Positions 51,065 to 63,177 are shown, counted from the stretch's first letter. The stretch: DNA of 64,000 nucleotides from an uncultured Methanosarcinales archaeon (GCA_963843555.1 CAWJKV010000006.1:1-64000), one strand, 5' to 3'. Numbers and translations are program-made. The notes: generated by a model from the sequence alone, not told the origin.

Positions 51065-53700
51065 TTACGAGCCCGGGTTAAGTTGCTCCAGCTCCTTGGC
51101 CCTGGCGAAGGCAGCATCGGCTTCGGTGGTCCTTCCAAGGGCTTCAAGAGCGAGGCCTTTGCTATACCAGACCAGAGAAAGGTTAGGATCTATTCCGATG
51201 ACCTCGTCGTAAGCCTCGATCGATTCATTGTATTTGCCCAGACTATAGAGGGCGAATCCTTTGGCACCCCAGGCTACGGAAAGATTGGGATCCAGAAGAA
51301 TGGCCTCATCGAAAGCCTCGATGGATTCATTGTATTTGCCTTGTTTACCGAGAGCAATGCCTTTGACAATCCAGGCTGAGGAAAGATTGGGATCGAGCCT
51401 GAGGGCCTCGTCGGAAGCCTCGATGGATTCATTGTATTTGCCTGTTTACCGAGAGCAGTGCCTTTGTTATTCCAGCCATTGCATAGTTGGGATCGAGCCG
51501 GATAGCTTCATCGTTGGCTTCGATAGATTGATTGAATTTGCCCAGGTCATAGAGCGCAAGGCCTTTGTTGTACCAGGCATTGGCATATTGGGGATTGATT
51601 CTGATGGCTTCATCGTAAGCCTTGATAGCCTCATCGTATTTGCCTAGAACAGTGAAAGCATTGCCTTTGTTGTTCCAGGACTCGGAATTATTGGGATCAA
51701 GCCGTGTGGCTTCATCATAAGCCCTGATAGCCTCATCGTACTTGCCAAGGCCATAAAGATCAATGCCTTTGCCGTTCCAGGCATAGACATAGTTGGGATC
51801 AAGTCGAATGGCCTCCTCAATCGCTTTGATCGACTTATCATAATTGCCCTGGATGCCGAGTGCATTTCCCTTAATATACCAGGTTGTTGCATCGTTCGGA
51901 TCCAGCCGGAGGGCCTCGTCACTCGCCTCGATCGACTCATTGTACTTTCTCTGGTAATAGAGAGCAACGCCTTTGCTATTCCAGGCTGCCGCAAGGTCTG
52001 GATCTAGTCGGATGGCCTCATCATACGCCTTGATAGCCTCATCATACTTGCCTTGGGTACCAAGCACATTGCCCTTATTGCACCAGGCGGCGGCGAGGTT
52101 GGGGTCGAGACGGATGGTCTCGTCATATGCCTTGATAGCTTCATCATACTTCCTCTGGTGATAGAGAGAAGTGCCTTTGTTGCTCCAAGCGGCCGAAATT
52201 TTGGGATCTAGCCGGATGGCCTCGTTACTCGCCTCGATTGACTCATTGTACTTGCCCTGCTTATCAAGAGCGATGCCTTTGTTAAGCCAGGATGCAGCAA
52301 AGTTGGGATCTAACCGGATAGCCTCATCACATGCCTTGATAGCCTCGTCGTACTTACCCTGGTTATAAAGGGCAAAGCCCTTATTGGACAATGATGCCGC
52401 GAAGTTGGGATTCAGCCTGGTAGCCTCATCGAAAGCCTCGATAGATTGGTTGAATTTGGCCTGGCTAAATAGAGCAAGACCTTTGTTGTTCCAGGCCATT
52501 GCGAGGTTGGGATCGAGTCGGATGGCTTCATCATAGGCCTCGATAGATTGCTTGAATTTGCTCAGGTTATAGAGAGCATTGCCTTTATTGTTCCAGGCCA
52601 TTGCGAGGTTGGGATCCAGTCGGATGGCTTCATCATAGGCCTCGATAGATTGGTTGAATTTGCTCAGGTTATAGAGAGCATTGCCTTTATTGTTCCAGGC
52701 CATTGCGAGGTTGGGATCCAGTCGGATGGCTTCATCATAGGCCTCGATAGATTGGTTGAATTTGCTCAGGTTATAGAGAGCATTGCCTTTATTGTTCCAG
52801 GCCATTGCGAGGTTGGGATCCAGTCGAATGGCTTCATCGTAAGCCTCGATGGATTCGTTGATATTTGCTCAGGTTATGGAGAGCATTGCCTTTATTATTC
52901 CAGGCACCTGCATAATTTGGGTCTAGTCAGGATGGCCTCATCGTAAGCCTCGATGGATTCGTTGATTCTGCCCAGGTTATCGAGAGCATTGCCTTTATTG
53001 TTCCAGGCCATTGCGAGGTTGGGATCCAGCCGGATAGCTTCATCATAGGCCTCGATGGATTCGTTGAATTTGCTCAGGTTATGGAGAGCATTGCCCTTAT
53101 TATTCCAGGCACCTGCATAATTTGGGTCTATCAGGATGGCCTCATCGTAAGCCTCGATGGATTCGTTGATTCTGCCCAGGTTATCGAGAGCATTGCCTTT
53201 ATTATTCCAGGCCATTGCGAGTTTGGGATCCAGCCGGATAGCTTCATCATAGGCCTCGATAGTTTCGTTGTATTTTGCCCAGATCATAGAGCACAAGGCC
53301 TTTGTTGTACCAAGCCATTAGAATAATTTGGGTCTATTCGGATGGCCTCATCGTAGGCCTCGATGGATTCGTTGAATTTGCTCAAGTTATGGAGAGCATT
53401 GCCTTTATTATTCCAGTGTAGCATGCACCGTTAGGATCGAGATTTATGGCTTCATTAAATGCCTCGATGGATTCATTGAATTTGCCCAGGGCATAGAGTG
53501 CAACGCCTTTGTCGTTCCAGACTGCTACAAGATTTGGATTCAGCCTGAGGGACTCGTCATATGCCTTGACGGCTTCGTCATACTTGCTCTGGCATATAAA
53601 GTGAAATGCCTTTGTTGAACCAGTCTTCTGATGTCTGCTGACATTGTGCTGACGTCATAAATATCAGCAGAAGGATGAAAACAGCATAGACCAATCTCAT
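51065..53700 (-). CDS. Secreted TPR-repeat protein (roughly 24 repeats) with multiple frameshifts
   Basis: Signal peptide MRLVYAVFILLLIFMTSAQCQQ from ATG 53700; 34-aa W.NKG.AL..L..F.ESIEAYDEAIRLDP units; end LGRTTEADAAFARAKELEQLNPGS*. Confidence 0.85.
52500..52805 (-). repeat. Three almost identical 102-bp TPR-coding units
   Basis: MAWNNKGNALYNLSKF(N/K)QSIEAYDEAIRLDPNLA repeated three times with near-identical DNA. Confidence 0.9.
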
Positions 53701-54116
53701 AAATCCATAGGAAGTATGTACAGAATATATGCCTGTCGGATTTCAAAAAGGAGAGGAGCTGGATTGTGCCTCCTCGACCCAAGCTTGCAGACAATCGTTA
53801 AGGCCCATATTTCGGGGAGCCATCACCTGGGGGGCTGAAAGTTGGCTAGACTGCAAATGTAGAGGTTGAGACGGTTCCACAAAGATTACGGCCGCGGACG
53901 GCGGGTCCCGCATGCGTGCACGTGGGCTCGGGCGAGCGTGGCAAATGCCGTCAAATCCCAGAGTCCATACTCTCAGAATCGGACCTGTAATTGCCAGGTT
54001 GCCAGTGACACTCTTGCTCCCGCAGCCTCAAAGCATTGGGCCTGAGAAACTATTTATGCATAGAAGACATACAAATACAGTAAAATAGAGAGCTTTAGAT
54101 GCTATGAGGTGGAAAA

Positions 54117-54488
54117 ATGCCAAGTATAGTTCACTTTGAAATACCTGCAGATGATATCTCGCGGGCAAAGACATTCTACTCCAACCTTTTCGGCTGGAAG
54201 ATCGAGCCCATGCAGGGAATGGGAACGGGAATGGGAATGGAATACTTGATTATCGATACTTTTGGCGCTCCCGGAGGGGGCATGATGAAGAAAATGCGCC
54301 CTGACCATCAAATCACAAACTACATCGGAGTGCCATCTGTTGACGAATACGCTGCGAAAGTCGAGAAGCTGGGCGGCAAGATCATCGCACCAAAGATGGC
54401 CGTTCCGGCTATGGGCTATTTCGTTGTCTGTATGGACACTGAGAACAATATCTTCGGCATCTGGGAGACGGATCCCAAGGCAAAGTAA
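54117..54488 (+). CDS. VOC/glyoxalase family protein
   Basis: IVHFEIPADD..RA..FY..LFGW, DTENNIFGIWE. Confidence 0.92.
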   Translation: MPSIVHFEIPADDISRAKTFYSNLFGWKIEPMQGMGTGMGMEYLIIDTFGAPGGGMMKKMRPDHQITNYIGVPSVDEYAAKVEKLGGKIIAPKMAVPAMGYFVVCMDTENNIFGIWETDPKAK

Positions 54489-54720
54489 TAACTCCAGAAT
54501 GTTGGTTTAGCTTCCTCACCTATTTTTCTCCATAGGCGTAGTGCCGATAGGATCCCTTTCTGTTATAGATGGCGGGCAAAAATCCTCTTCTTGTGATTGC
54601 GTCCCAGGATTTAGCATGAAAGATGGATCGCATCGCTTGCTAGGAAGAGGCCAAAGCTGAGGGCTGGTGGCAGTTCTGGCTGCAAGGGATAACGATCTCA
54701 AAAAATAGACGAGAAATGCT

Positions 54721-54945
54721 TCATTCACCCATCCGGAACTCCTGGGGCCATTGCCCATCCTCTTCGTAGCAGGCTTCCTGGGTGCGGACATCCTCAAATC
54801 GATTCTGGATCATCTCATCCACCTCCGAAAGCCTGATTCCGAAGACCTCCGCCAGGATCGCTTTGGCTGTCTCTAACTCCATGGCCCTCAGATCAGGTAT
54901 TGGCTTCTTCTGTGGCCGCATTAGATGCTCAAGGATTCCTGCCAT
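54721..54945 (-). CDS. Small hypothetical protein
   Basis: Protein-like helical ORF LETAKAILAEVFGI..SEVDEMI; no function recognised. Confidence 0.5.
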   Translation of the reverse strand: MAGILEHLMRPQKKPIPDLRAMELETAKAILAEVFGIRLSEVDEMIQNRFEDVRTQEACYEEDGQWPQEFRMGE

Positions 54946-55613
54946 GATCGACATATCCTACGTGTAAGGTTAAGTAGTTTTGCCGGAAAAAGATAACAGG
55001 AAAGCATTTTTACATAATAGAAAGTATGAATAAGATACAAATGAAGAAATGAAGATCCCCGGCAGCAAGGCGCGGGGATAGCACAATATGCAAGCACAAT
55101 ATGCAAGCAAAATTGAAGACATCTGTTGCCGTATCTGCCTTCACCCGTGCTCGATCTCGTCCGTCTGGGAGAGGAGCTGCGGAAGAAAGCCCTTTGGAGC
55201 ACAAATCCAGAAACAGGAAGAACAAGCTCTGCCAAATCCATCAAATGACTCCATCGCCAAGTATCCAAGCCCGCCCGGCGTTGAGGGCAGCCCCGTCTCG
55301 ACCGCGCGCAACACCAGCGCGCGGCACCTCACCAGAAGCAACAACAAGAAAAGACGCAAGCGACACCCTGGCCGGAGTCCTTAAAAGCCTTATACCTGCC
55401 CATTCCCATGCGCGCCCGCTCAGACCTGGCAGCAGCTCTGCACCGAGCAGCACGCCGAGATCACAAGCCCCTGGGGATCTGCACAAAATGAAGCGGGCAA
55501 TTCATCGTCTATCAGGAAACTTCGGATCTGAAGATAGCAGGCTGCCTGGAATCTCGGGCGTAGAATAATGGACTAAGAGCCACAATTCTTGAAGAATCAG
55601 GCCATTCCGAAAA

Positions 55614-56480
55614 CTAAATCAGAGGCTCCGGCTGCTTCGCCTCCGGCGCCAGCGGCAGGCCCGCCCGGTGCAGGACCAGAGGGCCGGAAAAGTGCAGAGC
55701 CCTATTCAAGATCAGCCGCTTTCCCTCCTGGGTTAGAGCGAAGACGGGAATGGAGATGCCGATCTGCATCTGGGCTCTTTTTCCCACCTCCTCACGGACA
55801 GCGCGGGAGGCGCAGGACCAGACGAGGTCGCAGCTCTCCGCTAGCGCTCTGGCCTCGCTTTCACTTATGCCGGTGGTATGAACAGCCAGGATGATTGAAC
55901 GAATTCCCAGCTCAGAGTCCCGCTCTTCTGCAGCGCCGTCGGCATCATCTGCCCTGGACCCGGCGATGGTCACTGCAATCTTCTTGTAATCCCGCCGATA
56001 CTGCCATCTCAAATCCTCGAACCTGATCCATGGTCGCCCTGCCGGTCGAGCAGAGATGCAGCCCCTCTTCTCCAGCCCATTCTGTATCTCCTTTATCGGC
56101 TCAGTCTTGACAAGGCCCGTCATATGGGCTCCGATAGCCTGCAACACATCCGGCCTTGTCGCCACGACCGTTCCCGCGCCCTCGCAGACCAGCACCGCAG
56201 CATCTATCAGCCCCTCTTTCATGGCATCCGCCAGGATCTCGGAGGCGCCGAAGCTCACCGGCATTTTCTGCAGCTCCAGAACCCTTTCCGGGCCGTACAT
56301 GCCCAGCTCCTGCATGTGGCCTTCCAGTACGCGCTGCACAGTCTCGCGGCTCTCCTCCTGGATGCCGTACAGATTGCGCCTCAGCGGGCAGCAGCGAACC
56401 TGTGGCTCCGTCAGAACCTCGATCTTTCCATCCTTGACCCTGACCAGGGCCTTGGCCATCTCCAGCAGATGCTCGGACAT
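55614..56480 (-). CDS. Methanogenesis marker 8 protein (DUF2099); middle apparently scrambled by compensating indels
   Basis: EH..EM..ALV, CPL, VSFGASE, VCEGAGTV, HTTGI, DLVWSCAS; atypical stretch at ~55920-56060. Confidence 0.82.
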   Translation of the reverse strand: MSEHLLEMAKALVRVKDGKIEVLTEPQVRCCPLRRNLYGIQEESRETVQRVLEGHMQELGMYGPERVLELQKMPVSFGASEILADAMKEGLIDAAVLVCEGAGTVVATRPDVLQAIGAHMTGLVKTEPIKEIQNGLEKRGCISARPAGRPWIRFEDLRWQYRRDYKKIAVTIAGSRADDADGAAEERDSELGIRSIILAVHTTGISESEARALAESCDLVWSCASRAVREEVGKRAQMQIGISIPVFALTQEGKRLILNRALHFSGPLVLHRAGLPLAPEAKQPEPLI

Positions 56481-56722
56481 TTGGACCATTCCAGAGATAA
56501 TTTTACCTGGCAATCTTGGTATTCGTTGATTTGCAGCGAGGGCACTCTACCCTGTAACCAAAGCCCTTGAAGAGCAGACTACAGTCCAGGCACCTGTAAT
56601 TCTTGGCAAAGACTTCTTCCGTGCTTCCCAGATCCACTCCACAGCCGCAAGTGGCACACATAAAAAAAGAGATGGCCTTTTGATGGTAAATAATTAATCT
56701 AGAAAAAGAGATGGGCCAGAAT

Positions 56723-58009
56723 TCACACCCTCGGCTCCAGCCTTCTTCTCACCGATTCCGCATGCGCCATCAACCCTTCCGCCTCCGCCAGAGTGGTTAT
56801 GGTATCCTCCAGGCCCAGCAGTCCGTCATCAGTGATCATCTGCACAGTGATCTTCTTGGTGAAGTGGTCCACATTCAGTCCCGAGAACACCCGGGCATGG
56901 CCGGAGGTGGGAAGCACGTGATTCGTGCCGCTGGCATAGTCGCCTGCGGCTACAGGCGTATACTTTCCCAGGAACACGCTGCCAGCATGGCGGATGGATC
57001 TCAACACTCCCATAGGATCTTTGGTGATGATCTCCAGATGCTCCGGGGCAAAGGCATTGGAGAAGTCCACAGCCTCATCGATGTCGTTGGCCAGGAGAAC
57101 GGCACTGTGATCCAGGCTCTGCTCTACGATCTCGCTGCGAGCCGCGCCCGGGGCCTGAATCTGCAACTCCTCGGCTACGGCGCTCGCCAGGAGATCATCC
57201 AGGGATACGAGGACGGAAATGGATTTGGGATCATGCTCTCCCTGGGCGATCATATCTGCAGCTATGACTCCCGGGTCTGCCGTCCGGTCGGCTATGATCA
57301 GAACTTCGCTCGGGCCCGCCGGAAAGTCGATCTCCACAGTGCCCCTCATAAGCATCTTGGCCGCTGTAACGTAAATATTGCCCGGCCCCACGATCTTATC
57401 GACTCGCTCTATCGTTTCTGTGCCGAAGGCCATGGCCGCAATGGCCTGAGCGCCGCCGAGCTTATAGATCTCATCGGCACCGGCCATATCTGCGGCGACG
57501 AGGGTTAATGGTGTTATCGACCCGTCCTTTCCAGGGGGTGTGCATACCACAATCCGTGGAACATCCGCCACCTTGGCAGGTATCACACTCATCAATGCGG
57601 AGCTGGGATACGCAGCCCTGCCGCCCGGCACATAGGCACCCACGGAATCTAAGGGCACTACCTTCTGGCCTACAGAAACCCCTGGAGAGACCTCGTTCAT
57701 CCAGAACTCGTGCTCTTTTTGTTCGCTATGGAAATGAAAGATGTTATCCGCCGCCTCGGCCAGAGCTTCGAGAAGCCTTTCTTCCACCAGATCGTAAGAC
57801 GCATCAATCTCTTCCTGGCTCACACGCAGGTCATCAATCTGTGCCCCTTCGAACAACTCAATATATTTGAAGAGCGCCTCATCTCCTTTCGATCCGACAT
57901 CCATAATAATATCATTTACTGCGGAAAGGACATCCTGCAATCCCGCATCTCGGGAGAGAAGGGCCCGCAGATCCTCGTCTTTCAGCTCTTCCAGCCGTTT
58001 GATTATCAC
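56723..58009 (-). CDS. hisD: Histidinol dehydrogenase
   Basis: [46 protein letters not shown]; start moved to GTG 58009. Confidence 0.95.
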   Translation of the reverse strand: MIIKRLEELKDEDLRALLSRDAGLQDVLSAVNDIIMDVGSKGDEALFKYIELFEGAQIDDLRVSQEEIDASYDLVEERLLEALAEAADNIFHFHSEQKEHEFWMNEVSPGVSVGQKVVPLDSVGAYVPGGRAAYPSSALMSVIPAKVADVPRIVVCTPPGKDGSITPLTLVAADMAGADEIYKLGGAQAIAAMAFGTETIERVDKIVGPGNIYVTAAKMLMRGTVEIDFPAGPSEVLIIADRTADPGVIAADMIAQGEHDPKSISVLVSLDDLLASAVAEELQIQAPGAARSEIVEQSLDHSAVLLANDIDEAVDFSNAFAPEHLEIITKDPMGVLRSIRHAGSVFLGKYTPVAAGDYASGTNHVLPTSGHARVFSGLNVDHFTKKITVQMITDDGLLGLEDTITTLAEAEGLMAHAESVRRRLEPRV

Positions 58010-58088
58010 TTTTAAGACCTCCAATTGCCAAATATTATCAAAAGTTATTTTGCACAATGGAAAATATCGAACAATCTCGATCAATTGA

Positions 58089-59759
58089 TCAGGCAGAATT
58101 GCTCCTTCCCCGCTGCACCCGGTAAAGGGAGACAACCCTCTCCTGAGTATCTGCCTCCTCCAGAGACTTGTCATCCCTCACAGCGACCAGCCTAGGAAAC
58201 CGCAATGCGTATCCTGAAGAGTAGCTCTGACTCTTTTGTATCTCCTCGTAGGCCACCTCGAAGATCACAGCCGGCTTCAGCTCCACTTCCATGCCCTTCT
58301 GCACCAGGATCAGTTCCCGGAACATCTCTGTCAGGTCCGCCAGGGCTTCGTCTGTCAGTCCTGTGGCCACCCAGCCTATGTCCAGCAGCTTACCAGTGGC
58401 CTGATCCAGGCATCCCAGGCGGTAGGACCCCAAAAAGCTGGCCCTGCGGCCTTCGCCCCATTTTGCGCCTATTACCACCAGGTCTAAAGTCTCCATAACC
58501 GGCTTGATCTTCAGCCAGTTCTTACCCCTCTTTCCCGGAGCATAAACAGAAGTTGGATTCTTGAGAATCAGCCCCTCATGGCCCGCATCCAGAGCCTGGC
58601 GGTAGATCTTTTCTGCCAACTCCGGGCTGTCGGACAGGATTTGACCCGCCATGATTGAGGGATCGGCGATCTTTTCCAGAAGCGTTCTTCGTTCGGTCAG
58701 GGGCAGATCCACCACACTCTTGCCATCCAAATAGATCAGATCGAATAAGAAAAGGTGGAGAGGAACCTGGAGAGCGAGCTTTTCCACATTGTACTTCCGG
58801 CGAAACCGCTTCAAAATCTCCTGGAAGGCCATGGGTCGGCCGTCTTTGCCGATGGCCACGACTTCACCATCCAGTATGACGCTATCCGCCCTAACTCGTT
58901 TTGCAGTCTGCACGATCTCCGGCAGAGAGTCTGTAACATCCTCCAGGCGGCGGGAGAAGATGCGCACCTTCTCCTTATCTTTATGGATCTGCACACGGGC
59001 GCCGTCGTACTTCCATTCGATGGCGGCAAGGCCCAGCTCCTGCAGAGCACCCTGAATTCCCTCACCAAGCTGGGCCAGCATCACCTTGATGGGATGATTG
59101 ATCATCACACTCAAGTCCGAGAGCGTGCCGCGCTTGCCACTGACCGCCACCAGACCCATATCGTTGGTGAGGTTGAAGGCCTTCTCTACATCGGCTGAGT
59201 TTCTGGCAAAGGCCCTGGCAATAGCATCTCGCACGCCCCCAACACCTATGCCGATCCTCATATCCTCTATGGCCAGACGGGCGATGTACTGTGCCTCCAA
59301 CGAATTGGCCTGGCTGAAGAGGAACTGCAGGTTCTTGACTTTGGCACCCTGGCTTCTCTTGCCGGACGCCCTGGCAACCGCCAGTAACCTCTGATAGACG
59401 TCCTTAATGGATAGTGATTCCTCTTCCACGAAGGCGGCAAAACCGATCGGCTTTCTCTTCTCCACGGCAGCAGCCGCGACAAGACCGGGATCGCCCGTGG
59501 CCCGCAGCATATCCGAGATCTGCTCGATCGAGCAGCCGCAGGCGCGGGCCAGTGCTTCATAAAGGATGCTGGGCCCAACTCCAATAACCAGATCAAGGCT
59601 GGGGGAGAAGAGGGTGCCCATGATGAAGCGGGAAGCGATTGCGAGCTCATCCTCATCAAGGTCCCTCAGGAATGCCGCGACTTGGTCGATCTTCTCCAGG
59701 GAGCCAGACACCCCCTCAACCTTCTGGCAGAGCTCTGCAAATCGTTGGAAGCTGGTCAT
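58089..59759 (-). CDS. lig: ATP-dependent DNA ligase
   Basis: EWKYDGARVQ, LDGEV, FDL, EGLILK, WLKIK, ALRFPR. Confidence 0.96.
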   Translation of the reverse strand: MTSFQRFAELCQKVEGVSGSLEKIDQVAAFLRDLDEDELAIASRFIMGTLFSPSLDLVIGVGPSILYEALARACGCSIEQISDMLRATGDPGLVAAAAVEKRKPIGFAAFVEEESLSIKDVYQRLLAVARASGKRSQGAKVKNLQFLFSQANSLEAQYIARLAIEDMRIGIGVGGVRDAIARAFARNSADVEKAFNLTNDMGLVAVSGKRGTLSDLSVMINHPIKVMLAQLGEGIQGALQELGLAAIEWKYDGARVQIHKDKEKVRIFSRRLEDVTDSLPEIVQTAKRVRADSVILDGEVVAIGKDGRPMAFQEILKRFRRKYNVEKLALQVPLHLFLFDLIYLDGKSVVDLPLTERRTLLEKIADPSIMAGQILSDSPELAEKIYRQALDAGHEGLILKNPTSVYAPGKRGKNWLKIKPVMETLDLVVIGAKWGEGRRASFLGSYRLGCLDQATGKLLDIGWVATGLTDEALADLTEMFRELILVQKGMEVELKPAVIFEVAYEEIQKSQSYSSGYALRFPRLVAVRDDKSLEEADTQERVVSLYRVQRGRSNSA

Positions 59760-59768
59760 GCTCTTGAT

Positions 59769-60776
59769 CTAGAATATAGTATCGATGCGCTTTGTCCTGT
59801 AGATGCTTACGATGTCGGTGAGAATGGCCGAAGCCGTCTCGATGGAGCCTGCGCCAAGACCCGATACGGTGATAGTTCCCGACAGATCAGTGTAGATGGC
59901 CGCCGAGTTCAGAGTCCCTGCCACGCAAATGGGGCTGTCCAGCGGCACCAGAGTGGGCCGGACGGTCAGCGCGGGCACGTCTCCTATGAGCTTTATGGCA
60001 TAGCCCCTTTTCTTGGCCAGGGCCAGGGCCTCGGGAGTGACGCCGGTGATCCCAGTGACGTCCACATCACTGTATTTGATGTTCATATCGAAGAGCGAAT
60101 TGGCCAGGATGACGACCTTTCCCGCGGTATCCACGCCCTCCACGTCGTAGCTGGGATCGGCCTCCGCAATACCCAGATCCTGGGCCTCGCTCAGGGCATG
60201 AGTGTAGGGTATTCCCTCCTCTGTCATCCGGGTGAGGATATAGTTGCAGGTGCCGTTGAAGATGCCGCGAATCCCCAGAATGGTGTTGCCCACCAGAGTG
60301 CGTTCCACCAGGCTGATGAGGGGCATGGTGCCGCCTACGGTGGCCTCAAACTTCAGCATGACACCGTTGTCCTCGGCCAGTTTTTTGAGGCTACCGTAGG
60401 AGACAACCAGAGGCCCTTTGTTTGAGGTCACGACATGTTTGCCGCTGGAGAGAGCTGTCTCCATGTGACCCAGGCCGGGTTGACCGTGCACTATGTTTGT
60501 CGGCGTAACCTCTATCATAAGGTCTGAGTCTATGGCGGAAATGGCCTCTTTGCCCTTCATGCCGGAGGTGGCAACGTTTGCCAGGGTCCTTTCGCCCAAG
60601 ATCTTATCCGCGTCTACTCCACCTTCAGAGACCACAGTGCCTGTGTGATCTGTGACGCTAATCAGCAACAGGTTCAATCCCATATCCCGGAGCATCTTCT
60701 TCTTGCGGTTCAGGACATCGACCACACCATGGCCGACTATGCCGTAACCCACCAGGGAAACCTTAACATCTCTCAT
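59769..60776 (-). CDS. hom: Homoserine dehydrogenase
   Basis: GYGIVG, VVTSNKG, FEATVGG, GIFNGT, AEADP..DVEG.D. Confidence 0.95.
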   Translation of the reverse strand: MRDVKVSLVGYGIVGHGVVDVLNRKKKMLRDMGLNLLLISVTDHTGTVVSEGGVDADKILGERTLANVATSGMKGKEAISAIDSDLMIEVTPTNIVHGQPGLGHMETALSSGKHVVTSNKGPLVVSYGSLKKLAEDNGVMLKFEATVGGTMPLISLVERTLVGNTILGIRGIFNGTCNYILTRMTEEGIPYTHALSEAQDLGIAEADPSYDVEGVDTAGKVVILANSLFDMNIKYSDVDVTGITGVTPEALALAKKRGYAIKLIGDVPALTVRPTLVPLDSPICVAGTLNSAAIYTDLSGTITVSGLGAGSIETASAILTDIVSIYRTKRIDTIF

Positions 60777-61291
60777 ACTGCCTCAGTCTCGATCGGCTCA
60801 ATCACAAGCAGCTTCTTCTCTTTTCCTACGTTGCGCAAGATTGTCAAGGCCTTCTGGATCTCTGCCTTGCCGGTGGCGCGAATCTTGAGGTAGGCGGAGG
60901 AAGGCTCACTAACTCCCGGCATGGTCAGGGAAAGGTCCATGACCTCGGCAAAGCCGGTGGTGTCGATCCGGTTTATAGTGTCTCCCAGGTCACTGTCCAG
61001 CACATGGCCCACCAGCACGACAGATACTGCCTCGATGAAGCGGTCCTCGCCCGCCCGCACCACTGAGATGCCGCTCTCCTTGAGCTGCGCCTGGACGGCC
61101 TCGATCTTGGAGCGGTCCATCTCCACAACGAAGCGAACCGGGATCATACCCCGGGGAGTCTTGCGGTCCCTGTGGTGGACCACGCTGATGATGTTGACCT
61201 TATTATCCCTCAAGGGCTGCATCGCCAGTAGGAGCTGGCCGGGAATATCCTGCAGCTCTAAATCCATGGAAAGTCGCATAGCATTCCTCAT
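60773..61291 (-). CDS. ACT-domain protein (homoserine dehydrogenase regulator)
   Basis: LELQDIPGQLL, NIISVVH, LVGH; overlaps the hom start. Confidence 0.88.
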   Translation of the reverse strand: MRNAMRLSMDLELQDIPGQLLLAMQPLRDNKVNIISVVHHRDRKTPRGMIPVRFVVEMDRSKIEAVQAQLKESGISVVRAGEDRFIEAVSVVLVGHVLDSDLGDTINRIDTTGFAEVMDLSLTMPGVSEPSSAYLKIRATGKAEIQKALTILRNVGKEKKLLVIEPIETEAV

Positions 61292-62168
61292 AATTTGCTG
61301 ATTTCTCTGGTCTGGTTAAAGGAAATAAACCTTGTGTAGACAGGATCTCTGTGGTCAAGGATTTGCCCGGTCAAATGGATGACGAATCGAGCTTGTTGGC
61401 GCGAGAATAATAGCGGCTTTCTTGTGTCAGAAGATACTTAAAAAATAGCAGCAGATGACGAAATTTGGGATTTGGTTTGTCGGATCAAAACAGCCGCTTG
61501 ACGCTCACCGGTTACATTACCGTCGGAGGCCGGTCTTGCGCGGATCCATTAACATACTCCTACATAATTAACATTAAATACCAGTTCTGCGCGGCGGATG
61601 ACGGGGCCCAAAGCCCAGGAGCCCCCTCTGGACCAGGGGAACGCTCTAAACTTCCCGGGCTAATCATGAACGTTCTGCTTCCATGAGATTGTCAAAGGAT
61701 ATTGATGCCCCGAGATACTTAGAAGGGAGCTAGAAACAAAAGAGCGATACATCTCCTCTGACGGTTCTCAAGAGACGGGGCCTTTCACTTCACATCTGTT
61801 TATCACAATCGTCTATATCCATCATAAAATCTAAAGTGACCTTCGCAGTCAGGGAGACAATTCCCTCCAGTTTTCCCGAATCTGTCCGCAACAAGACGGG
61901 CCTGTGATAAGAGGCATGAGCTGAATTGAGGTGCCGATGTTGTTTGGATACCCATGACTTCGCCAGGAACAAGCCAATCAAACATTACCAGGAGTTTGCA
62001 CCGTTTGGCTGGCCGGGCCGACGACCTCCATCCGTCAGTGATGATGGAATAGAGCTTGAGTGAGAACAGGTCGTATTTCGATTGAGCCTGAAAAAGCAAG
62101 TGAAGCAGAAAAATAATCCCGCAGCAAACTAAAAAACTTAAAGAGAAAGGACCGGGAGACTCCAAGTC

Positions 62169-62783
62169 CTACCTCGTCCAGACCGATCCCGCAAAGCCTC
62201 CTGTCTTGGATGTGGCGACAATCCTGTTGTTGGACTGGATTTGGAGCGTCAAAAGGCCATACTGCATGATGCTGCCTTTGGGGACATCAGTCCAATCCGC
62301 ATTTATGGTACTGCCACTGATAGTGCCACGCATTACATTGGACCAGTCTGGAGCGTTGGGATCGTGCTCGCCATACCACCAGATAGTTGTTCCAAACTGG
62401 CGAATATAGTACATGCCGCCGTCATCGCAATTCCAGACGCCGGTCAAGTCTACCGAAGCGACGCCCGTGGAACCTTTAACGCCGGAGTCGCAGCAGTCGT
62501 TCGGAGTGGCAGCGGGAATTCCGTTCTTTAACCAGCACCTGGCGTTTGGTCCCTGCACGCCGGGCTTGACATAAGTGAAGGCCCGGCAATTAGGGTCGCT
62601 ATTGCAGGCCTGTTCGCAGAGGCTCGGGTTGGCGCTGCCGAGGTCAAAACTGTTGTAGTCCATCCCAGTACGATCGGTATTCGTTTCAAGAGCAAAGGAC
62701 TCAACAAGAGCAATCGAGACAAAAAAAATAACCGCGATCGCTGACAAGGATACTATCTCTTTCTTCGATCTGTTGAGGATCAT
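62169..62783 (-). CDS. Secreted PAN/apple-domain protein with a C-terminal beta domain
   Basis: NTDRTGMDY...CEQAC..DPNCRAFTYV...CWLK...CCDSG, then LTGVWNCDDGG.YYIRQ. Confidence 0.82.
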   Translation of the reverse strand: MILNRSKKEIVSLSAIAVIFFVSIALVESFALETNTDRTGMDYNSFDLGSANPSLCEQACNSDPNCRAFTYVKPGVQGPNARCWLKNGIPAATPNDCCDSGVKGSTGVASVDLTGVWNCDDGGMYYIRQFGTTIWWYGEHDPNAPDWSNVMRGTISGSTINADWTDVPKGSIMQYGLLTLQIQSNNRIVATSKTGGFAGSVWTR

Positions 62784-62934
62784 TCTGCAAATCCCTCCAT
62801 GGTATGTTAACACTCTTTTTCTGGGCCCGGTTAGTACTTTAAATTAATTGTTTTTTGAAGAAGTTATAATTCATAAAAGCCTTGTTTGAACTGTTGATCA
62901 AAGAGGATTCCTATTTGGTCATACCACAAGTTCA

Positions 62935-62987
62935 GATGCTTGCAGGGACAACGATCGCACTTTCTTCCGGGGTTCCGCGAGTCGGCC
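62935..62987 (+). repeat. Dispersed intergenic repeat, copy 2
   Basis: 47/53 nt identical to the reverse complement of 6001-6053. Confidence 0.8.
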
Positions 62988-63177
62988 TGCGGGCCTCCCG
63001 CGCTATGGTTGGGGCGCCGCTCCAGGCCGCGGCCGGCCGAGCGACGGCGGTTAAGCTGCAGACTGAGGTACGAGATGCCTGGATGGCATATGCCTCCGAC
63101 GCTGCCGCAGCCCTGACAATTGGGTGGATGCCAATGGACTGCCTCTGCCGCCCAACGAACTAAAAATAGCTTTTTAT

